Assembly (NCBI GenBank): GCA_043228905.1
Contig: JBHGNT010000007.1
Location: 62,001 to 126,000, forward strand
DNA length: 64,000 bases
Reading direction: 5' to 3'
Source of the DNA: Azolla caroliniana
Lineage: Eukaryota > Plantae > Polypodiophyta
The position numbers and the translations under genes are program-made. Every line of letters begins with the position of its first letter. Position 1 is the stretch's first letter. Below the pieces are notes generated by a model. It saw nothing but the letters and a program-made list of their open reading frames with translations. It made no database searches and was not told the origin of the DNA. Below are positions 1 through 13,000 of the stretch, in pieces.

Positions 1-3000
1 AACATTTTAATTTACTGACACACTCTTCTCCACTACCTCCCCAAATTTGCTAATTTCCTCATGTCTCTCGACCTGAGTTTCAAAATCATGATTTTCTAAT
101 TCTATATCATAGCTAGCGTTGTTAGCTTCGATTCACATGTTTGAACACAAAAATCCGATATCACACGAGCCAGGTATGAACATTTTAATTTATTGACATA
201 CTCTTCTCCACTACCTCCTCAAATAAGCTAATTTCGTCATGTCTCTCGACCTAAGTTCCAAAACCTTGATTTTTTAATTCTATATCATAGCTAGCGTTGT
301 TAGCTTCGTTTCGCATGTTTGAAGACAGAAATCCGATATCACACGAGCCAGGTATAAACATTTTAATTTACTCATTGGCACTTCTCAACTCCATCCTAAA
401 ATAATCTAATTTCCTCATGTCTCTCGACCTTGCTTTCAAAATCTTGAATTTTTACTTCTATATCATTGCTAGCGTTGTTAGCCTCGATTCGCATGTTTGA
501 ACACAAAAATCCGATATCACACGAGCCAGGTATGAACATTTTAATTTACTGACACACTCTTGTCCACTACCTACTCAAATTTGCTAATTTCCTCATGTAC
601 CTCGACCTGAGTTTCAAAATCTTGATTTTTTAATTCTATATTATGGCTAGCGTTGTTAGCTTCGATTCGCATGTTTGAACACAAAAATCCGATATCACAG
701 GAGCCAGGTATGAATATTTTAATTTACTGACATACTCTTCTCCAAAGCCTCCTCAAATTTGCTAATTTCCTCATGTCTCTCGACCTGGCTTTCAAAATCT
801 TGAATTTTTACTTCTATATCATAGCTAGGATTGTTAGCTTCGATTCGCATGTTTGAACACAAAAATCTGATATCACACGAGCCAGATATGAACATTTTAA
901 TTTACTGACACACTCTTCTCCACTACCTCCTCAAATTTGCTAATTTCCTCATGTCTCTCGACTTGAGTTTCAAAATCTTGATTATTTATTTCCATAGCAT
1001 AGCTAGCGTTGTTAGCTTCGTTTCGCATGTTTGAACAGAGAAATCCGAAATCACACGAGCCAGGTATGAACATTTTAATTTACTCACTGGCTCTTCTCAA
1101 CTCCATTATCAAATAAGCTAATTTCCTCATGTCTCTCGACCTGGGTTTCAAAATCCTAATTTTTTAATTCTATATCATACCTAGCATTGTTAGCTTCGAT
1201 TCGCATGTTTGAACGCAAAAATCCGATATCACAAGAGCCAGGTATGAACATTTTAATTTACTGACACACTCTTCTCCACTACCTCCTCAAATTTGCTAAT
1301 TTCCTCATGTCTCTCGACTTGAGTTTCAAAATCTTGATTTTTTATTTCCATATCATAGCTAGCGTTGTTAGCTTCGTTTCGCATGTTTGAACAGAGAAAT
1401 CCGAAATCACACGAGCCAGGTATGAACATTTTAATTTACTCACTGGCTCTTCTCAACTCCATCTTCAAATAAGCTAATTTCCTCATGTCTCTCGACCTGG
1501 GTTTCAAAATCTTGATTTTTTAATTCTATATCATAGCTAGCATTGTTAGCTTCGCTTCGCATGTTTGAACGCAAAAATCCGATATCACAAGAGCCAGGTA
1601 TGAACATTTTAATTTACTGACACACTCTTCTCCACTACCTCCTCAAATTTGCTAATTTCCTCATGTCTCTCGACCTGAGTTTCAAAATATTGATTTTTTA
1701 ATTTTATATCATAGCTAGCGTTCTTAGCTTCGATTCGCATGTTTGAACACAAAAATCCGATATCACACAAGCGAGGTATGAACATTTTAATTTATTGGCA
1801 CACTCTTCTCCACTACCTCCTCAAATAAGCTAATTTCGTCATGTCTCTCGACCTGAGTTCCAAAACCTTAATTTTTTAATTCTATATCATAGCTAGCGTT
1901 GTTAGCTTCGTTTCGCATGTTTGAACACAGAAATCCGATATCACACGAGCCAGGTATAAACATTTTAATTTACTCACTGGCACTTCTCAACTCCATCCTC
2001 AAATAAGCTAATTTCCTCATGTCTCTCGACCTTGCTTTCAAAATCTCGAAATTTTACTTCTATATCATTGCTAGCGTTGTTAGCTTCGATTCGCATGTTT
2101 GAACACAAAAATCCGATATCACACGAGCGAGGTATGAACATTTTAATTTACTGACACACTCTTCTCCACTACCTCCTCAAATTTGCTAATTTCCTCATGT
2201 CTCTCGACTTGAGTTTCAAAATCTTGATTATTTATTTCCATATCATAGCTAGCGTTGTTAGCTTCGTTTCGCATGTTTGAACAGAGAAATCCGAAATCAC
2301 ACGAGCCAGGTATGAACATTTTAATTTACTCACTGGCTCTTCTCAACTCCATTATCAAATAAGCTAATTTCCTCATGTCTCTCGACCTGGGTTTCAAAAT
2401 CTTGATTTTTTAATTCTATATCATAGCTAGCATTGTTAGCTTCGCTTCGCATGTTTGAACGCAAAAATCCGATATCACAAGAGCCAGGTATGAACATTTT
2501 AATTTACTGACACACTCTTCTCCACTACCTCCTCAAATTTGCTAATTTCCTCATGTCTCTCGACCTGAGTTTCAAAATATTGATTTTTTAATTTTATATC
2601 ATAGCTAGCGTTCTTAGCTTCGATTCGCATGTTTGAACACAAAAATCCGATATCACACGAGCGAGGTATGAACATTTTAATTTATTGGCACACTCTTCTC
2701 CACTACCTCCTCAAATAAGCTAATTTCGTCATGTCTCTCGACCTGAGTTCCAAAACCTTGATTTTTTAATTCTATATCATAGCTAGCGTTGTTAGCTTCG
2801 TTTCGCATGTTTGAACACAGAAATCCGATATCACACGAGCCAGGTATAAACATTTTAATTTACTCACTGGAACTTCTCAACTCCATCCTCAAATAAGCTA
2901 ATTTCCTCATGTCTCTCGACCTTGCTTTCAAAATCTCGAAATTTTACTTCTATATCATTGCTAGCGTTGTTACCTTCGATTCGCATGTTTGAACACAAAA

Positions 3001-6000
3001 ATCCGATATCACACGAGCGAGGTATGAACATTTTAATTTACTGACACACTCTTCTCCACTACCTCCTCAAAATTTGCTAATTTCCTCATGTCTCTCGACC
3101 TGAGTTTCAAAATCTTGATTTTTTAATTTTATATCATAGCTAGCGTTGTTAGCTTCGTTTCGCATGTTTGAACACAGAAATCCGAAATCACACGAGCCAG
3201 GTATAAACATTTTAATTTACTCACTGGCACTTCTCAACTCCATCCTCAAATAAGCTAATTTCCTCATGTCTCTCGACCCAGGTTTTAAAATCTTTCATTT
3301 TTAATTGTATATCATAGCTAGCGTTGTTAGCTTCGATTCGCATGTTTGAACACAAAAATCCGATATCACACGAGCGAGGTATGAACATTTTAATTTATTG
3401 ACACACTCTTCTCCACTACCTCCTCAAATAAGCTAATTTCCTCATGTCTCTCGACCTGAGTTTCAAAACCTTGATTTTTTAATTCTATATCATAGCTAGC
3501 GTTGTTAGCTTCGTTTCGCATGTTTGAACACAGAAATCCGATATCACACGAGCCAGGTATAAACATTTTAATTTACTCACTGGCACTTCTCAACTCCATC
3601 CTCAAATAAGCTAATTTCCTCATGTCTCTCGACCTTGCTTTCAAAATCTGGAATTTTTACTTCTATCATAGCTAGCGTTGTTAGCTTCGATTCGCATGTT
3701 TGAACACAAAAATCCGATATCACACGAGCCAGGTATGAACATTTTAATTTACTGACACACTCTTCTCCACTACCTCCCCAAATTTGCTAATTTCCTCATG
3801 TCTCTCGACCTGAGTTTCAAAATCATGATTTTCTAATTCTATATCATAGCTAGCGTTGTTAGCTTCGATTCGCATGTTTGAACACAAAAATCCGATATCA
3901 CACGAGCGAGGTATGAACATTTTAATTTTTTGGCACACTCTCCTCCACTACCTCCCCAAATTTGCTAATTTCCTCATGTCTCTCGACCTGAGTTTCAAAA
4001 TCTTGATTTTTTAATTTTATATCATAGCTAGCGTTCTTAGCTTCGATTCGCATGTTTGAACACAAAAATCCGATATCACACGAGCCAGGTATGAACATTT
4101 TAATTTATTGGCACACTCTTCTCCACTACCTCCTCAAATAAGCTAATTTCGTCATGTCTCTCGACCTGAGTTCCAAAACCTTGATTTTTTAATTCTATAT
4201 CATAGCTAGCGTTGTTAGCTTCGTTTCGCATGTTTGAACACAGAAATCCGATATCACACGAGCCAGGTATAAACATTTTAATTTACTCACTGGCACTTCT
4301 CAACTCCATCCTCAAATAAGCTAATTTCCTCATGTCTCTCGACCTGGGTTTCAAAATCTTGATTTTGTAATTCTATATCATAGCTAGCATTGTTTGCTTC
4401 GATTCGCATGTTTGAACACAAAAATCCGATATCACACGAGCAAGGTATGAACATTTTAATTTACTGACACACTCTTCTCCACTACCTCCTCAAATTTGCT
4501 AATTTCCTCATGTCTCTCGACTTGAGTTTCAAAATCTTGATTTTTTAATTTTATATCATAGCTAGCGTTGTTAGCTTCGTTTCGCATGTTTGAACACAGA
4601 AATCCGAAATCACACGAGCCAGGTATAAACATTTTAATTTACTCACTGGCACTTCTCAACTCCATCCTCAAATAAGCTAATTTGCTCATGTCTCTCGACC
4701 CAGGTTTTAAAATCTTTCATTTTTAATTGTATATCATAGCTAGCGTTGTTAGCTTCGATTCGCATGTTTGAACACAAAAATCCGATATCACACGAGCGAG
4801 GTATGAACATTTTAATTTATTGACACACTCTTCTCCACTACCTCCTCAAATAAGCTAATTTCCTCATGTCTCTCGACCTGAGTTTCAAAACCTTGATTTT
4901 TTAATTCTATATCATAGCTAGCGTTGTTAGCTTCGTTTCGCATGTTTGAACACAGAAATCCGATATCACACGAGCCAGGTATAAACATTTTAATTTACTC
5001 ACTGGCACTTCTCAACTCCATCCTCAAATAAGCTAATTTCCTCATGTCTCTCGACCTTGCTTTCAAAATCTGGAATTTTTACTTCTATCATAGCTAGCGT
5101 TGTTAGCTTCGATTCGCATGTTTGAACACAAAAATCCGATATCACACGAGCCAGGTATGAACATTTTAATTTACTGACACACTCTTCTCCACTACCTCCC
5201 CAAATTTGCTAATTTCCTCATGTCTCTCGACCTGAGTTTCAAAATCATGATTTTCTAATTCTATATCATAGCTAGCGTTGTTAGCTTCGATTCGCATGTT
5301 TGAACACAAAAATCCGATATCACACGAGCGAGGTATGAACATTTTAATTTTTTGGCACACTCTTCTCCACTACCTCCCCAAATTTGCTAATTTCCTCATG
5401 TCTCTCGACCTGAGTTTCAAAATCTTGATTTTTTAATTTTATATCATAGCTAGCGTTCTTAGCTTCGATTCGCATGTTTGAACACAAAAATCCGATATCA
5501 CACGAGCCAGGTATGAACATTTTAATTTATTGGCACACTCTTCTCCACTACCTCCTCAAATAAGCTAATTTCGTCATGTCTCTCGACCTGAGTTCCAAAA
5601 CCTTGATTTTTTAATTCTATATCATAGCTAGCGTTGTTAGCTTCGTTTCGCATGTTTGAACACAGAAATCCGATATCACACGAGCCAGGTATAAACATTT
5701 TAATTTACTCACTGGCACTTCTCAACTCCATCCTCAAATAAGCTAATTTCCTCATGTCTCTCGACCTTGCTTTCAAAATCTCGAAATTTTACTTCTATAT
5801 CATTGCTAGCGTTGTTAGCTTCGATTCGCATGTTTGAACACAAAAATCCGATATCACACGAGCGAGGTATGAACATTTTAATTTACTGACACACTCTTCT
5901 CCACTACCTCCTCAAATTTGCTAATTTCCTCATGTCTCTCGACTTGAGTTTCAAAATCTTGATTTTTTATTTCCATATCATAGCTAGCGTTGTTAGCTTC

Positions 6001-7099
6001 GTTTCGCATGTTTGAACAGAGAAATCCGAAATCACACGAGCCAGGTATGAACATTTTAATTTACTCACTGGCTCTTCTCAACTCCATCTTCAAATAAGCT
6101 AATTTCCTCATGTCTCTCGACCTGGGTTTCAAAATCTTGATTTTTTAATTCTATATCATAGCTAGCATTGTTAGCTTCGCTTCGCATGTTTGAACGCAAA
6201 AATCCGATATCACAAGAGCCAGGTATGAACATTTTAATTTACTGACACACTCTTCTCCACTACCTCCTCAAATTTGCTAATTTCCTCATGTCTCTCGACC
6301 TGAGTTTCAAAATATTGATTTTTTAATTTTATATCATAGCTAGCGTTCTTAGCTTCGATTCGCATGTTTGAACACAAAAATCCGATATCACACGAGCGAG
6401 GTATGAACATTTTAATTTATTGGCACACTCTTCTCCACTACCTCCTCAAATAAGCTAATTTCGTCATGTCTCTCGACCTGAGTTCCAAAACCTTAATTTT
6501 TTAATTCTATATCATAGCTAGCGTTGTTAGCTTCGTTTCGCATGTTTGAACACAGAAATCCGATATCACACGAGCCAGGTATAAACATTTTAATTTACTC
6601 ACTGGCACTTCTCAACTCCATCCTCAAATAAGCTAATTTCCTCATGTCTCTCGACCTTGCTTTCAAAATCTCGAAATTTTACTTCTGTATCATTGCTAGC
6701 GTTGTTAGCTTCGATTCGCATGTTTGAACACAAAAATCCGATATCACACGAGCCAGGTATGAACATTTTAATTTACTGACACACTCTTCTCCACTACCTC
6801 CTCAAATTTGCTAATTTCCTCATGTCTCTCGACTTGAGTTTCAAAATCTTGATTATTTATTTCCATATCATAGCTAGCGTTGTTAGCTTCGTTTCGCATG
6901 TTTGAACAGAGAAATCCGAAATCACACGAGCCAGGTATGAACATTTTAATTTACTCACTGGCTCTTCTCAACTCCATTATCAAATAAGCTAATTTCCTCA
7001 TGTCTCTCGACCTGGGTTTCAAAATCTTGATTTTTTAATTCTATATCATACCTAGCATTGTTAGCTTCGATTCGCATGTTTGAACGCAAAAATCCGATA

Positions 7100-10000
7100 T
7101 CACAAGAGCCAGGTATGAACATTTTAATTTACTGACACACTCTTCTCCACTACCTCCTCAAATTTGCTAATTTCCTCATGTCTCTCGACCTGAGTTTCAA
7201 AATCTTGATTTTTTAATTTTATATCATAGCTAGCGTTGTTAGCTTCGATTCGCATGTTTGAACACAAAAAGCCGATATCACACGAGCGAGGTATGAACAT
7301 TTTAATTAATTGACACACTCTTCTCCACTACCTCCTCAAATAAGCTAATTTCCTCATGTCTCTCGACCTGAGTTTCAAAACCTTGAATTTTTAATTCTAT
7401 ATCATAGCTAGCGTTGTTAGCTTCGTTTCGCATGTTTGAACACAAAAATCCGATATCACACGAGCCAGGTATAAACATTTTAATTTACTCACTGGCACTT
7501 CTCAACTCCATCCTCAAATAAGCTAATTTCCTCATGTCTCTCGACCTTGCTTTCAAAATCGTGAATTTTTACTTCTATATCATTTCTAGCGTTGTTTGCT
7601 TCGATTCGCATGTTTGAACACAAAAATCCGATATCACACGAGCAAGGTATGAACATTTTAATTTATTGGCACACTTTTCTCCACTACCTCCTCAAATAAG
7701 CTAATTTCGTCATGTCTCTCGACCTTGCTAGCGTTGTTAGCTTCGTTTCGCATGTTTGAACACAGAAATCCGATATCACACGAGCCAGGTATAAACATTT
7801 TAATTTACTCACTGGCACTTCTCAACTCCATCCTCAAATAAGCTAATTTCCTCATGTCTCTCGACCTTGCTTTCAAAATCTCGAAATTTTACTTCTATAT
7901 CATTGCTAGCGTTGTTAGCTTCGATTCGCATGTTTGAACACAAAAATCCGATATCACACGAGCGAGGTATGAACATTTTAATTTACTGACACACTCTTCT
8001 CCACTACCTCCTCAAATTTGCTAATTTCCTCATGTCTCTCGACTTGAGTTTCAAAATCTTGATTTTTTATTTCCATATCATAGCTAGCGTTGTTAGCTTC
8101 GTTTCGCATGTTTGAACAGAGAAATCCGAAATCACACGAGCCAGGTATGAACATTTTAATTTACTCACTGGCTCTTCTCAACTCCATCTTCAAATAAGCT
8201 AATTTCCTCATGTCTCTCGACCTGGGTTTCAAAATCTTGATTTTTTAATTCTATATCATAGCTAGCATTGTTAGCTTCGCTTCGCATGTTTGAACGTAAA
8301 AATCCGATATCACAAGAGCCAGGTATGAACATTTTAATTTACTGACACACTCTTCTCCACTACCTCCTCAAATTTGCTAATTTCCTCATGTCTCTCGACC
8401 TGAGTTTCAAAATATTGATTTTTTAATTTTATATCATAGCTAGCGTTCTTAGCTTCGATTCGCATGTTTGAACACAAAAATCCGATATCACACAAGCGAG
8501 GTATGAACATTTTAATTTATTGGCACACTCTTCTCCACTACCTCCTCAAATAAGCTAATTTCGTCATGTCTCTCGACCTGAGTTCCAAAACCTTAATTTT
8601 TTAATTCTATATCATAGCTAGCGTTGTTAGCTTCGTTTCGCATGTTTGAACACAGAAATCCGATATCACACGAGCCAGGTATAAACATTTTAATTTACTC
8701 ACTGGCACTTCTCAACTCCATCCTCAAATAAGCTAATTTCCTCATGTCTCTCGACCTTGCTTTCAAAATCTCGAAATTTTACTTCTATATCATTGCTAGC
8801 GTTGTTAGGTTCGATTCGCATGTTTGAACACAAAAATCCGATATCACACGAGCGAGGTATGAACATTTTAATTTACTGACACACTCTTCTCCACTACCTC
8901 CTCAAATTTGCTAATTTCCTCATGTCTCTCGACTTGAGTTTCAAAATCTTGATTATTTATTTCCATATCATAGCTAGCGTTGTTAGCTTCGTTTCGCATG
9001 TTTGAACAGAGAAATCCGAAATCACACGAGCCAGGTATGAACATTTTAATTTACTCACTGGCTCTTCTCAACTCCATTATCAAATAAGCTAATTTCCTCA
9101 TGTCTCTCGACCTGGGTTTCAAAATCTTGATTTTTTAATTCTATATCATACCTAGCATTGTTAGCTTCGATTCGCATGTTTGAACGCAAAAATCCGATAT
9201 CACAAGAGCCAGGTATGAACATTTTAATTTACTGACACACTCTTCTCCACTACCTCCTCAAATTTGCTAATTTCCTCATGTCTCTCGACCTGAGTTTCAA
9301 AATCTTGATTTTTTAATTTTATATCATAGCTAGCGTTGTTAGCTTCGATTCGCATGTTTGAACACAAAAAGCCGATATCACACGAGCGAGGTATGAACAT
9401 TTTAATTAATTGACACACTCTTCTCCACTACCTCCTCAAATAAGCTAATTTCCTCATGTCTCTCGACCTGAGTTTCAAAACCTTGAATTTTTAATTCTAT
9501 ATCATAGCTAGCGTTGTTAGCTTCGTTTCGCATGTTTGAACACAGAAATCCGATATCACACGAGCCAGGTATAAACATTTTAATTTACTCACTGGCACTT
9601 CTCAACTCCATCCTCAAATAAGCTAATTTCCTCATGTCTCTCGACCTTGCTTTCAAAATCGTGAATTTTTACTTCTATATCATTTCTAGCGTTGTTTGCT
9701 TCGATTCGCATGTTTGAACACAAAAATCCGATATCACACGAGCAAGGTATGAACATTTTAATTTATTGGCACACTTTTCTCCACTACCTCCTCAAATAAG
9801 CTAATTTCGTCATGTCTCTCGACCTTGCTAGCGTTGTTAGCTTCGTTTCGCATGTTTGAACACAGAAATCCGATATCACACGAGCCAGGTATAAACATTT
9901 TAATTTACTCACTGGCACTTCTCAACTCCATCCTCAAATAAGCTAATTTCCTCATGTCTCTCGACCTTGCTTTCAAAATCTCGAAATTTTACTTCTATAT

Positions 10001-13000
10001 CATTGCTAGCGTTGTTAGCTTCGATTCGCATGTTTGAACACAAAAATCCGATATCACACGAGCGAGGTATGAACATTTTAATTTACTGACACACTCTTCT
10101 CCACTACCTCCTCAAATTTGCTAATTTCCTCATGTCTCTCGACTTGAGTTTCAAAATCTTGATTTTTTATTTCCATATCATAGCTAGCGTTGTTAGCTTC
10201 GTTTCGCATGTTTGAACAGAGAAATCCGAAATCACACGAGCCAGGTATGAACATTTTAATTTACTCACTGGCTCTTCTCAACTCCATCTTCAAATAAGCT
10301 AATTTCCTCATGTCTCTCGACCTGGGTTTCAAAATCTTGATTTTTTAATTCTATATCATAGCTAGCATTGTTAGCTTCGCTTCGCATGTTTGAACGCAAA
10401 AATCCGATATCACAAGAGCCAGGTATGAACATTTTAATTTACTGACACACTCTTCTCCACTACCTCCTCAAATTTGCTAATTTCCTCATGTCTCTCGACC
10501 TGAGTTTCAAAATATTGATTTTTTAATTTTATATCATAGCTAGCGTTCTTAGCTTCGATTCGCATGTTTGAACACAAAAATCCGATATCACACAAGCGAG
10601 GTATGAACATTTTAATTTATTGGCACACTCTTCTCCACTACCTCCTCAAATAAGCTAATTTCGTCATGTCTCTCGACCTGAGTTCCAAAACCTTAATTTT
10701 TTAATTCTATATCATAGCTAGCGTTGTTAGCTTCGTTTCGCATGTTTGAACACAGAAATCCGATATCACACGAGCCAGGTATAAACATTTTAATTTACTC
10801 ACTGGCACTTCTCAACTCCATCCTCAAATAAGCTAATTTCCTCATGTCTCTCGACCTTGCTTTCAAAATCTCGAAATTTTACTTCTATATCATTGCTAGC
10901 GTTGTTAGCTTCGATTCGCATGTTTGAACACAAAAATCCGATATCACACGAGCGAGGTATGAACATTTTAATTTACTGACACACTCTTCTCCACTACCTC
11001 CTCAAATTTGCTAATTTCCTCATGTCTCTCGACTTGAGTTTCAAAATCTTGATTATTTATTTCCATATCATAGCTAGCGTTGTTTGCTTCGATTCGCATG
11101 TTTGAACACAAAAATCCGATATCACACGAGCGAGGTATGAACATTTTAATTTACTGACACACTCTTCTCCACTACCTCCTCAAAATTTGCTAATTTCCTC
11201 ATGTCTCTCGACCTGGGTTTCAAAATCTTGATTTTTTAATTCTATATCATACCTAGCATTGTTAGCTTCGATTCGCATGTTTGAACGCAAAAATCCGATA
11301 TCACAAGAGCCAGGTATGAACATTTTAATTTACTGACACACTCTTCTCCACTACCTCCTCAAATTTGCTAATTTCCTCATGTCTCTCGACCTGAGTTTCA
11401 AAATCTTGATTTTTTAATTTTATATCATAGCTAGCGTTGTTAGCTTCGATTCGCATGTTTGAACACAAAAAGCCGATATCACACGAGCGAGGTATGAACA
11501 TTTTAATTAATTGACACACTCTTCTCCACTACCTCCTCAAATAAGCTAATTTCCTCATGTCTCTCGACCTGAGTTTCAAAACCTTGAATTTTTAATTCTA
11601 TATCATAGCTAGCGTTGTTAGCTTCGTTTCGCATGTTTGAACACAGAAATCCGATATCACACGAGCCAGGTATAAACATTTTAATTTACTCACTGGCACT
11701 TCTCAACTCCATCCTCAAATAAGCTAATTTCCTCATGTCTCTCGACCTTGCTTTCAAAATCGTGAATTTTTACTTCTATATCATTTCTAGCGTTGTTTGC
11801 TTCGATTCGCATGTTTGAACACAAAAATCCGATATCACACGAGCAAGGTATGAACATTTTAATTTATTGGCACACTTTTCTCCACTACCTCCTCAAATAA
11901 GCTAATTTCGTCATGTCTCTCGACCTTGCTAGCGTTGTTAGCTTCGTTTCGCATGTTTGAACACAGAAATCCGATATCACACGAGCCAGGTATAAACATT
12001 TTAATTTACTCACTGGCACTTCTCAACTCCATCCTCAAATAAGCTAATTTCCTCATGTCTCTCGACCTTGCTTTCAAAATCTCGAAATTTTACTTCTATA
12101 TCATTGCTAGCGTTGTTAGCTTCGATTCGCATGTTTGAACACAAAAATCCGATATCACACGAGCGAGGTATGAACATTTTAATTTACTGACACACTCTTC
12201 TCCACTACCTCCTCAAATTTGCTAATTTCCTCATGTCTCTCGACTTGAGTTTCAAAATCTTGATTATTTATTTCCATATCATAGCTAGCGTTGTTAGCTT
12301 CGTTTCGCATGTTTGAACAGAGAAATCCGAAATCACACGAGCCAGGTATGAACATTTTAATTTACTCACTGGCTCTTCTCAACTCCATTATCAAATAAGC
12401 TAATTTCCTCATGTCTCTCGACCTGGGTTTCAAAATCTTGATTTTTTAATTCTATATCATACCTAGCATTGTTAGCTTCGATTCGCATGTTTGAACGCAA
12501 AAATCCGATATCACAAGAGCCAGGTATGAACATTTTAATTTACTGACACACTCTTCTCCACTACCTCCTCAAATTTGCTAATTTCCTCATGTCTCTCGAC
12601 CTGAGTTTCAAAATCTTGATTTTTTAATTTTATATCATAGCTTGCGTTGTTAGCTTCGATTCGCATGTTTGAACACAAAAATCCGATATCACACGAGCCA
12701 GGTATAAACATTTTAATTTACTGACACACTCTTCTCCACTCCATCCCCAAATTTGCTAATTTCCTCATATCTCTCGACCTGGGTTTCAAAATCTTGATTT
12801 TTTAATTCTATATCATAGCTAGCGTTGTTTGCTTCGATTCGCATGTTTGAACACAAAAATCCGATATCACACGAGCAAGGTATGAACATTTTAATTTACT
12901 GACACACTCTTCTCCACTACCTCCTCAAATTTGCTAATTTCCTCATGTCTCTCGACTTGAGTTTCAAAATCTTGATTTTTTATTTCCATATCATAGCTAG

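Noticed and set aside
1-178. Monomer as an ancient 2 x 89 bp dimer
   Set aside because: TTTTAATT recurs 89 bp apart, but the rest of the two halves does not align convincingly.
305-321. CENP-B box-like CTTCGTTTCGCATGTTT
   Set aside because: Only the TTCG part matches; the essential A and CGGG positions are absent.
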